Shown here piece after piece: positions 36,433 through 48,162 of a stretch of DNA of 64,000 nucleotides (positions are counted from its first letter, which is position 1; each line of letters starts with the position of its first letter). The position numbers and the translations under genes were made by a program. The notes below the pieces were generated by a model. It ran no database searches and had not been told where the DNA came from. It worked only from the letters and a program-made list of their open reading frames with translations. The stretch lies in NCBI RefSeq assembly GCF_963921235.1, contig NC_086097.1, forward strand, positions 221,280,001 to 221,344,000. Reading direction: 5' to 3'. This DNA comes from Mobula hypostoma. Taxonomy: Eukaryota.

Positions 36433-38339
36433 TTTCCCTTTATATCTGATGATGAGATTATTATAACAGTGTAGGCTACAAGGAAATGGATGCAGGAACA
36501 GAGATTAATCCATTGCAGACAGATAGTGAGATAGAAAGCTGACAAAACTGTTTTATTCTGTTGGGATTCAATAAACTCCTTATCTCATGCCCTTGTTGCA
36601 GATGTTCATTTGATTCATTGTCACTCAATGTTGTGCTGGGTTCTCACCTGTGTTCTCACTCTCACATACTAGTCCTGATTCCATTGCCATGGAAATGTGC
36701 TTGGTAAAGACTTGCATCTGAAAGTTCTTAGTGGGCAGTGGTGCAAGGGTAAGGCTGTCGCCTTCCTCAGGAAAGATAGAGGAAAACTACAGACCAGGAG
36801 AAGCTTCTCAGTCATCCCCGCTGAAATACGCCTCTTATTCCTACAAGAACCAGGGAAGGACTATATTCCCAGAGGGTGAAAACTGCACCAGGCAAAGAAT
36901 GTTTAGGTGTCAGAGATGGGAATCTGCCCAAGAGACATCATACAGATTCTTATCTCACACTGCTGATGGGTGTTCATTGAGATTTCTACTCATTAATTGC
37001 TGAGTAATTTTCATTTCCTCTTGCCAGGGAGGAGCAGGTAATCTTGTGCTCACCAGTGTTTTCCTGTATTTTTGCCTGAGTCAAAACTTCAACCATATTA
37101 TACACTCACATTGTTCCTCCCTTTAAATGGTGTTCACTGTCATGATGTTGACTGCCTCCTCCCACTCCAAACCCCCATCCCGAAGTCTGAAGCTTTTAGC
37201 TGAACTTTGGCTTCATGTAACCATGAACGGAATACAAAGCTGGTATGCTGGTTCCAGCCAGAGTGTGCAGATTCATCACATTTCATTAACCTTGCTGATT
37301 ATCAACTTTGGTTCTTCCTTTCTATAGTTTTTTTTAAATTTTTTCTCTTAATAGAAAACTCCTTTCCCTTTCATTTCAAAAAATTTCTGAACCCAATCGG
37401 ATGTTGGATTCTCAGATTCTAATTTCTACTTCCTTCTCAATCCTTACACTGTTCATGTCAGAATCCTACACTCTAAATGGTTAAGGAGTCATCTATTTGT
37501 TATTCTAATTCCTTTAGTTCCACTCACTGTCATGTTGTTAACCTTTACCCTCAGTAGTTTGCCTTACCCAGCAAAATGCCTTTTCTAAAAGCTCCCTTTG
37601 GAGAGTGCTACAGGACTATTAAAACAAAAAAACTTCACACCATTTTAAAAGTTTCCTCCCTCATGCAGTTAATCTGATCAACTATTCTACTTATATTGCC
37701 CAACCCCCTCTACCTGTTACCTCAGCCACTGCAATGAACCTAAATACTTTAAAATGCTATTTTATAATATTGCTTACACTGTAAATATATGCTGGTATTT
37801 ATGTATTTTTGCAAATGTTATTCTATATCTGAACTTCTAAATGTATTTTTACATAATTCTTTATTCTGTACAATTATTGAGTCCTGTTGTTTTGTTGATG
37901 TGCTACCAACACACCACAGCAAATTCCTAATACGTGTAAATGTGTATGGTGAATGAAGCTGATCCTTGATAATAATGTTAAAAAGAATATTCTCTATGTT
38001 AAAATAAACTTTGTTCACCATAAAAGTTTACCAGAATAAACAGTGCAGTGCCTTTTCATTCTTACATTCACAGTAGATGTATTAAGTAGTGTTTTATTGC
38101 ATTCCTTAAAACCAATAGCACTGTTGGGGGGGGAGCAAAACATGGCACTAGAGGGCAATCAGCTTTGGGGTTCTTACATTTTTTCTGCCATTTATTCTTT
38201 AGGGGTTTTCTTCCGTTGCGTAGATGTCTGTGGAGAGTAAGATTTCAGGTTGTATATTGTAAACATTCTGATATTAAATGGAACCATTGAACCGTTGAAC
38301 AGTTGCCAGTCATATGGCCTTCCGGGGTTAATAACCTCC

Positions 38340-38550
38340 TGTGGCCCCTCGCTGTTTAGTAGGAGAAGAACTCTACACTATGGTCCTTCCCCATTGGGCC
38401 CTTGTGGCAGCTGCATCAAATTTCAGTACATCCCTCAGCTTGTACTTTTGCAGCCTGGAACGTGCCAGCTGGCAGCAGGCTGCTACAGACAGCTCGAGGT
38501 TCTGGCAGACCAACATGCTTTGGGTACACCAAAGGGCATCTTTCATTGTG
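38340..38550 (-). mobile_element. L1/Tx1-like LINE C-terminal fragment
   Basis: Minus strand reads MKDALWCTQSMLV...CCQLARSRLQKYKLRDVLKFDAAATRAQWGRTIV*. Confidence 0.55.
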
Positions 38551-39659
38551 AATATTAAAGAATCAGAATATGCAATTGTGTTACTATGTGTGCATAATAA
38601 AGAACTTCATTTCCCAGTGGGCAATGTGAACGGATCACCCAGAACCACAAGCTTTGATGGAGAGCTGGTCGCATGCGTTCAGCGTTGAACAGCTGTTGAA
38701 TAATAAAATGTTCTCGCGCTTACCCATGCCAAGTTTGTCTTTATTAAGAACAAACATAACAGCAATAGCATGTTTAAAAAAAAAACACAGAAGCAGTCAG
38801 ATTCGCTCATTATTGCCCAGAACATCTAAATCCTGTTATAAGATCAATCAGCCTATCATGGCTGCAAACTACAGACAGGAAAAAAATCAGCCCCAAGCTT
38901 AAATACTTCGATTAGGGCCAAACCAATGCATCCTGTGGAAACTTAAGAAGGCACATCTCAGGCTAACATCACCGACAAAAAATGATGCAAATGGAATTGG
39001 AAACTACTCTGCGAGAGGAAGATGGTGAAAATGGGACCCAGGCCAGTTTGCGGCCCACAGCATACTGTTGAATGTACACTTAATTTCAGTCTGACTCTCC
39101 TCACATTATTCAATTGACAGGATTATTACAGTCACACTAACCCCCTCTCTTCAAGGAAAGACCATACAGCCTCACATTCCACAAGCACTCACTGAACATT
39201 GATTAAATAGAAGTGTTGCTTCTCAGCTTGTTTTAACCTCTCCTGCTAATAACTGTCAGCAGGGACCTCCCAGTCAGGGCTGTCCTCTGCAATTTTCCTC
39301 TCACTGACTGGAAAATTCTTATTCCCAATGAGCAGCAGTGGATGGCTGGTTCTCATCATCATGTCTCGATGAGTATTTGAGAAAATATGAGCTAACCTTC
39401 AAACAGAGTGCATGAATAGAGGTTCCTTAATAATAATAAGCCTGTTGCAGAGAAATGAAAGAAAAGGGAAAGCTGTCAAGGAGTTTAATATTCCCTCGAG
39501 TATTGGTGAATTGTGTATAAAACTGTAATCCAAAGGCTGCTTTAAGTTATCGGTTGTTCACTGCTTCAAACAACCTGTGAATGACCATGTAAAAGTTTGA
39601 TGATCTTTGTCACTCTCACTGCTTAGAGTTGCTAAACTCTGCTCCACGTTCCCAAAAAT

Positions 39660-40080
39660 AAAAGGGAGATAGTGCAGAGTGCCCCGGTGGCTGTTCCCCT
39701 CAATAACGGGTATCCGGCTTTGGATACGGTTGGGGGGGGTGCGGGGGTGACCTAGTGAAGGAACGCTGTAGCGACCAGGGCTGTAAAACTGAATCTGGCT
39801 CTGTGGCTCAGAAGGGAAGGAGGGAGAAGAGGAGGGTGGTAGTGATAGGGGATTTAATAGATAGGGGAACAGCTGGGAAATTCTGTGGACATGAAAGAAG
39901 CTCATGGATGCTGTGTTGCCTTCCAGGTGCCAGGGTCAGGGACCTCTTAGATCAGGTCCATTGCATTCTTAAGGGGGAGGGTGAACAGCCAGAAATTGTG
40001 GTACATGTTGTGGTAAGTCAAAAGATGAGGTCCTGAAGAGAGAATATAGGGAGCTAGGTGGGAAGCTGAAAAGCAGGACA
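39660..40080 (+). mobile_element. CR1 ORF1 (esterase) fragment
   Basis: ORF 39755..40036 reads VVIGDLIDRG...CCLPGARVRD...PEIVVHV. Confidence 0.75.
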
Positions 40081-40728
40081 CTATGACTCATATCATTTCA
40101 CCCCAATAGAACAGGAATGTGTTGCCTTAGAAGGATGTCTTGCTATGGTATGCCATACACATATTGCAGTAAGACCACTGCAAGAGGACAATCCAATTAT
40201 TACACAGACAGGAGTTACAAACACATCCTTAAGGGAATCATACCGTTCCATTTGCAGAGGCTAAAGCCCTGAAACTTATCCAAACAGGTAAAATAAAATA
40301 GAACTAGTCTTGATACATACTGACTCTAATTCTATTAGGAATGTGATAGCAAGAAATCCTCCCATCTGGTCATCTACCAAATGGAGAACCTGCAGAGGGA
40401 AACTGCTTTCACATTTGTCCACATGGAAGAATATTTATGAATTATTATTGATAAAACCATTACTACAGGCGTTACACATCACGAGACATACTGTAGGCCT
40501 TTTACACGGCTACGGTAATAATCTAAGTATTAAACAAGCAAAACAAGCTGTTGGTGTAGACTTTACTATGGTAAGGGAGACCAGGGTTTGGGTAGTAACT
40601 AAGCAACAAATTAAAAATAACCAGGATGATGCTTTAAGAATTCTCCTCGACACTAATGAATCTAATTCAAAAGGATTTCCAACATGGTATCACTATGAAG
40701 GGGATGGTGAAGGTAAAGCTTGGATATG
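40081..40728 (+). pseudogene. pol: Foamy-like ERV pol, part 1: RNase H and integrase N-terminal extension
   Basis: YYTDRS (40198), GNHTVPFAEAKAL (40233), then ORF 40310: HTDS...HLSTWKNIYELLLIKP...HITRH...GNNLSIKQA...KGFPTWYHYEGDG. These are collinear with spumaretroviral RNase H and integrase NED motifs as I recall them. Confidence 0.75.
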
Positions 40729-40746
40729 TGGCGTCACGAACAGGAT
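40729..40746 (+). promoter_or_regulatory. Primer-binding site, tRNA-Ser(CGA)-like
   Basis: TGGCGTCACGAACAGGAT is the reverse complement of a vertebrate tRNA-Ser(CGA) 3' end, ATCCTGTTCGTGACGCCA (recalled; verify in a tRNA database). Confidence 0.8.
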
Positions 40747-41398
40747 CGGATAGAGACCCGCGAGGAAGGGAACGGCAGATTGCGACGCTTCCCGGTCCCT
40801 CGGGGACCCTCACGGGGCTAACAGAATTAAGGGTGCACCCAAAGTAAAAAGGTGAGCGCTTTTTGCGATAATTCGGACTAAGAATTCTGTTGGTTTTGGG
40901 GGGTCTCGGGGACTCAGAAGTGTGAAGCAACTGCTGAAAGGTCTCTCCGATCCAAAGAATCTGGCAGAATCGGGGATAAAAGTAGGCTCAGAGGATTAAT
41001 CAAGAACACTGCAGTGGGGGTAAGTACGAATAAAGTAATAATAAGTTAAGTAAGAAAATTCCACGTGGTGTTCCCTGTGGATACCGCTTCGCACGAAACG
41101 AAGGTCTGAACAGGCAGGGAAGGAGAATTAAAAATCCTCGTGAATACCGCCGTAAGAAGTGTAAGGGTCTGCATAGGCGAGGTGTAAAAGGAAAAGGTTC
41201 TGTGGATACCGCCCTAAGTAGGGGTCTGCACGGGCAGAACGTAATAAGAGATAATGATAGTTTAATAGAGAATTCAGACGCGGGTGAGATAAACCATAAG
41301 GCTAGGCATAGAAATAGAGTTAGAAAAATAGTACTATTAAATAGGCAAGTAGTGAGATTCTAAAAATACCATAATAGAAAAAGGAAAAAGAGAGCAAC

Positions 41399-43583
41399 AT
41401 GACAGAGAAAGGAACAGCAGTAGAAATATTGAGCAGAAAATTCCCGGTGTGTCAAGGTAAGATCGCGGAAATTTCAGAGAAATGGGAAAAAAGAACTAAA
41501 GAACTGGTCACGTAGTGGCCAAGAGAAGGACAATTGATGTAAGCTTATGTGAGGAAATGGAAGCGCTAATTAAAAATCACAAGCCCAAAGATAAATCTAA
41601 GAAAAGAGAAGGAAAAAGGGAACAAGAAATGGAAGTGTTAAAACTCTTTAGGATGGAGGGAGAAAGATTAAGAAAGACGGGAGGTATATTAATAGTAAGT
41701 AAAAAAGACATTGAGAAACGAAACGAGCAGTCTGATAAAGAAAAGGAAAAGCATAACAGGGAGTCGGCTTCGGCTTTATACCCAGACCTGAAAGACGTAG
41801 AAAAACCTCCTCCCTATTATGAGAAAGAAACCCTTAAGCAGTGTCCGATGATAACAGGAAGAGTGGATCTAAATGGAGAAATTAAAGTCTGGGATACCGA
41901 GGAGGAAAGAAAGAATCACGAAAAGGAGCGGGAGGAACCACGGAAGGTAATAGAGGAAGACAGGGCAAAGATAGAGCAGGAGAGACGGGAAATAGTAGAA
42001 GAGATCAAAGGGTTACAGGAATTAAAAGCGAAAAGGGATGAAGAGAAATCTTTGTTATATGGGCACGGAACTGAACAGGCCAGAGCAGAAGGAGACTTGT
42101 CGGGAGAGCAAGAGTTAAGTAGCGAAGGAGAGGGTACGAGAGAATGTAGGCAGAGGATAGGAGACAGGAGCCTTGAAGGGGAAAAAGAGAGAGTGAAAAG
42201 GCAGATATTAGAAACAGAGGGAGAGATTAGGGAATTACAGCGCAGACTGAATTTCCAACGAGAGTTTGAGGATTTCGCATGGGCCAAAGCAAATGCTAGC
42301 TCAAGGCAGAAAGAAAGAACTCCACGAGGAGGCCAAGGGAGATAGGAAACCCCGGAAAGAATCATGTGGCAGCCAGTGAAAACGTGCTCAGAAACAGATG
42401 GGGAGTCAGGCGAGGAGGAGAGTCAGGAGATGTGGGAAAGGAAAGGGAGAATGATGCCGTTGTTAGTAAAAGGATTGGGACAAGTGCAGTATATTCCTTG
42501 GGGATCCCAGGACCTGGAAGGGCTGAAAAACACCCTGCCCAGCCTACATGAGGGTGCAGGGAAGTGGATTAGGGCCTTTGAGGAAGAAACCACGGGACGA
42601 ATGTTGGCTATGGGAGATTTAAAGGCGCTGCTGATAAGGCTGATGGGAACCTCCAAACTACAAGAGTTGATGGAAGCGGCTGGCATACAGAATGCGGACA
42701 GCACACTGTTTGACGGGGCCAGATTTGACACAGTGAGGCAGAGGGTATGGGGGGCCCTCAGGGAGCTCTATCCACCCAAAATGGACCCCAAAGTCATGAA
42801 AGGGGATCCACTGGGAGACACTGAAAATCCAGCAGCCTATATAGAAAATCAGTTGAAAAGGTGGAGACTGGAAACTGAACAAGAGGTGGAAGGCAACCCA
42901 TTTATGACTTGGATGTTCCGAAATGCTGTTTTGGATGCGATGCCTTCCCAAGTTAAGTCTAAACTTGAGGAAGTGGTTGAACTGATGTCAATGACCCCAC
43001 AGGAATTCAGGGACCACGTAGTCCATGCGGTCGAAAAATATCGAAAAGACAAACGAAAGTTGACTGAGCAGCGAGAAGAAGTGCAAAGAAAGCTGATACA
43101 AATGCAGCTTGAAGAACTTAAAAAGAAGGAAAAAGAAAAAGGCAAGAAGATGCTGCCAGCAATGACCGATTTAAGCACAGCCGTTAAAATGAATGAAATG
43201 CCATTATATGGAGGGACCGGTCGTGCCGTAAGACAGAGCCCAGAAAACCCCATGCCAATAATAAACGTCTTTGGGGGTGCTTTTCCACAAATGCCCTATC
43301 AGGGACAGGATAAATTTAAACAGCAGCCCAGACAGGACTGGAAATCCCAAGGAGGGGGCAGAGAGGTTATGGGCAGGAAGGACCAGTAAGGAAACAGGGG
43401 GGAAGAGACATACAGAGACTGTGCTGGGGATGTAACCAGTCAGGACACATAAGAAGGGACTGTCCACTTAGGCCATGGGCCGTCACATACCAGTGGGAAT
43501 CAGTGAGAGGGGAACCACAGTCTAGCCAAGGACCAGAGCCCGTAGGGCTGAATGGACCTGTGAACCCCTCTGCAAGACATTAG
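41399..43583 (+). pseudogene. gag: ERV gag (premature stops and frameshifts)
   Basis: ATG at 41399, WPREG matrix-like motif, PPPY late domain, capsid (QYIPWGSQDL), CCHC knuckle LCWGCNQSGHIRRDCP at 43419-43466. The TAG at 43581 is in frame with pol. Confidence 0.85.
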
Positions 43584-45176
43584 GGGTGCCCAGAGAACCC
43601 AGGTGGGAAGGGACACTACCCAGTGATAACAAGGGAGGCAGAGGAGGAACCCATTGTTCAGGTTGTATTAGAAGGGCAGCTGACACCAGTGATGATAGAT
43701 ACTGGAGCCACATATACTTGCGTACAGCCGCAGTATGCCCTTCACCTTCCCATGTCAGGAAAATTTATTAAGACTGTAGAGTTCTCGGGAAAAACACAGT
43801 TGACACAATGTACAGCTCCAGTGAGATTAGGGATGGGCAGCAAAGGAATAGTTTTGCCGATATTAGTATCCAAAGGAAACGATGCAGTAACAAAGGGAAA
43901 TCAAGCTGCAGATGAAGCAGCCAGGAAAGCGTCTGGGTGTACATCCACTGTTATTGCACCCCAGGTAAGTCTAGAGCCGGAACCTATGGTAGAGGACCTA
44001 ATTGAAATACAGGGAAAGGCAACTTTGGCAGAGCAAACACTGTGGAGACAAAAGGGGGCCAAGCAGAACTCAGAAGGCCTATGGACCACGGAAGATGGCC
44101 TGCTGGTAGCTCCCACCCCTTTTCTGACTATCCTGATCTCAGAAGCACATGGGATGGATCATTGTGCAAGGGGGGAAGTAATAAGGAAAATAAAAAAGGA
44201 TGAATTTTGGTCGCCTTATTCACAGGCTTCAGTAGACCATGTGTTGTCACAGTGCGAGGTATGCGCGCAGAATAATGTTCGGAAAGGAATTACAACCCCA
44301 ATAGGTCATATACCTGTATCTGAAGGGTCATTTAAACACCCAGTGATTGACTATGTAGACATGATAAAAACAGTAAGAGGGAAAAGATACATGTTGGTGG
44401 TAATCGACAGATTCAGCAGATGGGTAGAGGCAGTACCCTCGAAAGATCAAGGGGCAGGAACAGTGGTGAAATTCCTGACAAACGAAGTGATCCCAAGGTT
44501 TGGGATACTGACAGAAATTAGCTCAGACAATGGTTCAGCTTTCATCCAGAAAGTAGTCAAGTTAATACTGCAAGCACTGAGGATAAAGCAAAGATTTGGA
44601 TGTGTGTATCACCCTCAGTCGCAGGGTATGGTGGAAAGAATTAACGGGACCTTAAAAGCCAAACTAAACAAAATCTGTGCAGATACTAAACTCAACTGGG
44701 TTGATGCACTACCGTTAGCATTGATGGGTTACCGCATGCAGACTAATCGGATGACGTGTCTAACACCGCATGAAATGCTAACCGGAAGGCCCATGCCAGT
44801 GCCCCGGTGGAGAGGACCATATAAAGGGCCTAGTTTGGAACAATTGGAATTGGAATTAAAACAATACATGCGGCAATTAACTATGATACATAAGTCTATT
44901 TATGTACAGGAAAAACAGAAAGAGCCAGGAATCGATCAAGGGGAAGGACCAATCAAGCCAGGCGAGCAGGTCTACGTGCGAGCGTTTCGAAGAAAGTGGA
45001 ACGAACCCAGAAGGGAAGGGCCCTTTACAGTAACCAAAGCACCACCCACCACAGTTCAAGTGGAAGGACACTCCACCTGGTATCATCTCAATCACTGCAC
45101 TAGAGCAATCCCGCAGGTACAGTCAGGTGGGCCACCCGCGGTAAGTGGTGAAGAGGAACAAACAGACAGGTACTAG
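43584..45176 (+). CDS. pol: ERV protease-integrase fusion ORF (RT and most of RNase H deleted in frame)
   Basis: IDTGA protease joined directly to the RNase H end (GNQAADEAA), then HHCC (HGMDH...CEVC), D (VIDY), D (SDNG), E (GMVER) and a GPF module. No YxDD. Confidence 0.85.
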   Translation, partial: GCPENPGGKGHYPVITREAEEEPIVQVVLEGQLTPVMIDTGATYTCVQPQYALHLPMSGKFIKTVEFSGKTQLTQCTAPVRLGMGSKGIVLPILVSKGNDAVTKGNQAADEAARKASGCTSTVIAPQVSLEPEPMVEDLIEIQGKATLAEQTLWRQKGAKQNSEGLWTTEDGLLVAPTPFLTILISEAHGMDHCARGEVIRKIKKDEFWSPYSQASVDHVLSQCEVCAQNNVRKGITTPIGHIPVSEGSFKHPVIDYVDMIKTVRGKRYMLVVIDRFSRWVEAVPSKDQGAGTVVKFLTNEVIPRFGILTEISSDNGSAFIQKVVKLILQALRIKQRFGCVYHPQSQGMVERINGTLKAKLNKICADTKLNWVDALPLALMGYRMQTNRMTCLTPHEMLTGRPMPVPRWRGPYKGPSLEQLELELKQYMRQLTMIHKSIYVQEKQKEPGIDQGEGPIKPGEQVYVRAFRRKWNEPRREGPFTVTKAPPTTVQVEGHSTWYHLNHCTRAIPQVQSGGPPAVSGEEEQTDRY

Positions 45177-45619
45177 ACTGGCTATTGGCAGAGAAAGGAG
45201 GAGTTTGTGTAATGTTTGGGGAACAGTGCTGTACTTTTATACTGAATAACACTAGTCCGGAGGGATCGTTTACCAAAGCAATGAATACACTGAAAAATCT
45301 AAGAAAGGAAGTTAAGCAAAATGCAGGGTTTGGACACCAGTTCTTTGACTGGTTAAACGATAGACTAGGAGGGTGGGGAGCATGGCTGACCAAGATTGCA
45401 GTAACCATTGGTATTGTATTGCTAAGCTGTGCGGTCATTCTGTGCTGTTTTCTTCCATGCCTCAAGTCGCTTGTAGTGCGTGCTGCAATGAAACGGTTTC
45501 CGATGCTCCTGGAAATTGTTGGGTCGAGCCCTATGGAGAAGGAGACACCGATGATGTATTCGTACAGTCTACGAGACACGCAAGACGAACAGGAGAGAGA
45601 TGAAATATGTGGGGATTAG
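45161..45619 (+). pseudogene. env: ERV env TM C-terminal remnant
   Basis: NRQVLDWLLAEKGGVC (immunosuppressive domain), CVMFGEQCC (CX6CC) and a hydrophobic anchor IAVTIGIVLLSCAVILCCFL. SU is deleted. Confidence 0.85.
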
Positions 45620-45855
45620 GCTGTGAAGGCTCCTGAGTCTTTTTTCCTGTCTGAGATACGAAGGGATGGGTTTTTGGCTCAGCGGCCTAGGGAGTTAGGG
45701 AGAGAACACTTTGAGTCTACACTTTGAGTGAACACTTTAAACTATAGTTTAATCCAAATTTGGGAGTAAATGCATGGCTTTATTTGAGCTTTTGTGCATA
45801 GACTCTCAGTCCTCTCTCTCTCTGTATGAGACCCTGTGGGTCTCAAAGGGTGGAT

Positions 45856-46444
45856 TATATTGGAAAATGTAAACGCATACATTGTATTTTCTATGTATTA
45901 CAGTATTTACTCAACAGTATTTCAGTATTTACTCAAATGCACACATTGTATTTTCTATATTTACTATGTAACCACTGCTAGCTCAATAGAGGGTATTCAC
46001 TATGTAGCCATGACTTCTGACCTAATCACTATTAATTCATGAAGAGAACTAGAATGAAACCAAGTAGAAAGATAACGGTGGCGAGTAAGGTAATGAAATA
46101 TGTGGCAGTATGTCAAAATAAGACTAATTAAGAAATAACTGTGGTTAGGGATGAGGAGACACCTGGTCTAAAATGTAAACTAGGACATAATTAAGTTGGG
46201 GAGTAAAACAATAGTGGAAAGTCAAGAGCGGATATATTGATGATATGTAATCACAGGCCGACTAGTTATGATAATGTGGCTAAGATAGGAAATTGCTATA
46301 AAAAATGTTGTATACAAGCCTTGATGGGCAGTCGGCTACTAGTTTTCTGATTGTCTCAGCTTTGATTTGCAAATTAAAGTTTAAAACGTCTTGGCGAGTT
46401 TTCTGCGTCTCCTTGTTGTTTGTAAGAAACGAGAAACCACGACA
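45856..46444 (+). repeat. 3' LTR of the ERV
   Basis: Preceded by PPT-like AAAGGGTGGA (45845-45854). TATAAAA at about 46297, ATTAAA at 46373-46378, ends in ...CGACA. Confidence 0.8.
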
Positions 46445-46448
46445 TATG

Positions 46449-47520
46449 CAGCATTAAAATAATAAGAAGCAAATACTACCTCCTGTGCACAAGTGGAAAA
46501 CATCGGTTCAGGAAGCCCACCGAGGATGCAGACACAGTTCTGGTGACGATATGCCACACATGCGAAATTAGACATGTTATACTGGTGGCCTTCCATGTTG
46601 AGTGATTATAAGAGATTCATTGTAAATTGTAAAGAATGTCTGGCCTATAAGAAAGGCGCAGACACAAGACCAACAAAAGCTACTGTACCAATGCAGGTGT
46701 GGCGATTGATTACATAGGCCTATTGCTGGCATCCCAACGCAACCTATCTAATCTGAAACCTAATAAATATATACTTCTGATGACTGATTATTGTATGGGA
46801 TATAAGTGAATAGTTTTCACAACTTCTTGGAGTGAGACTGCACCTGCCACAGCTCTCTGAAACTCTATATTCCCATAAGCTGGCACACCTGCCCGCACAC
46901 ATTCCGACTGAGGGTCCTCCTTTGCTGGTAAAGGCTTTCAAGCCACATGTGAATAAACAGGATATGTGTGGCGTACAGCACTCCATTCCAGCCGCAATCA
47001 AGTGTCATTGTGGAGTGAAGGAATTGCGACACTATGCAAGGCCTGGCAAAACTTGTCCACTCTAGAGGCAAAGTCCTTGTCCTTGAAGTGCAACTGTCCG
47101 TAAACAAAGGGCCCATTGTGAAAACAGGAGTACACAAGAATTTATTTACATTATTTATTGTACATTATTTCTTCCAGTACAATGCCCACCTAAATACACC
47201 CCGATTGCTAATTCAGGCTAATGATCGCCTGTGCCGAACACAACTCTCCTCAAAAAACAGACAGAGTTTACAGGAATTCAAGAGAAGGCAAAAGAACCTG
47301 ACAAGACAGTTTGGAGACCATAAAAAAGGGGTCTAGATCCAAGGAAAGAAAATATATAAAAATAATTCCAACCCTTATTTCCATCCTAGAAGGCAACGTG
47401 CTTGTCTCATTATCCAGGTTATCAGTGATAGGACTGTGGTAATCGATACCAGGAGGGGAAACAAGACTGTAAGTAAATCTGTCTCCACAGAGAATATCAA
47501 ACCTGCCCCAGCAATTATTC
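46449..47520 (+). pseudogene. pol: Foamy-like ERV pol, part 2: integrase HHCC, catalytic core and CTD
   Basis: Hand translation across stops and frameshifts: ILPP...QEAH...H...LYWWPSM...CKECL; IDYIG (46705); HSD*G (D at 46906); STPFQPQSSVIVE (E at 47013); VQLSVN; RTVVID...NKTVS...ENIKP. Confidence 0.8.
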
Positions 47521-47721
47521 CCCAGAATGAGTGAAACCCTTATATTAGACCGGTACAAGGTCCACCATGTAACCCCTGCACCCCAATGGATGCAGGGTGT
47601 GAGATACTTTGAAAAGATAAAACACAAATTTAGATAAAAAAAAGTAATGAAAAAATTCCTGTTCTCTTGAGGGATATTTCAAAGATACATTGCCCAAGAA
47701 TAATATATTCAGGATAAGACA

Positions 47722-48162
47722 GACTCAAACTCCTGGATAATATTTGTTCTTTTAAAATTTGTTCTTACAATAGAAAGTGTTCTTTCACTTATACCATTTG
47801 CATTTTCACAGACAAAATCGCATTTACAGTCTCATCTGAGTCGGACACCCATGAAACTTAATGACTCAGGGATTGTTAGATTAAGGAGATCTGTGAGCAA
47901 TGATGATTCTAATTTGAATATCACTAACTGCCCCTTACCTCTTGGTCATATGTGAATTTATATACTGGAACCCTTAATCCTTGCCTCTGGCAAAATGGTT
48001 ATTCTCATCCATGTAAAAACTTACTCTGATTGCCCCACAGATTAAATGAACATAGATACATGGAAAGGCAAAGAATCACTTGCAGAAATGACTAATAACA
48101 CCCTATCAAAACTGAAATATTCCAGCCCAGATATTGAAGGTAAACTAGTAGAGGAATCCCTT
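47722..48162 (+). pseudogene. env: Foamy-like env: leader peptide, furin site and start of SU
   Basis: One frame with two stops: WIIFVLLKFVLTIESVLSLIPFAF (hydrophobic), RLRRS (47878-47892), PLPLG...EPLIL, KESLAEMTNNTL. It follows integrase on the same strand. Confidence 0.6.

Larger units (their letters stand above)
40729..46444 (+). mobile_element. Gamma/epsilon-type endogenous retrovirus, RT-deleted, lacking 5' LTR
   Basis: PBS, gag with CCHC, TAG read-through junction, PR-IN ORF, env TM remnant, PPT and 3' LTR. TATG duplicated at 40725-40728 and 46445-46448. Confidence 0.9.

Noticed and set aside
40081..40728. 5' LTR of the gamma/epsilon ERV
   Set aside because: No similarity to the 3' LTR (45856-46444). 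It translates to RNase H and integrase of a different retrovirus.
46744..47627. Minus-strand ORFs (85, 90 and 119 aa) as novel genes
   Set aside because: They are antisense shadows of the decayed + strand foamy-like integrase.
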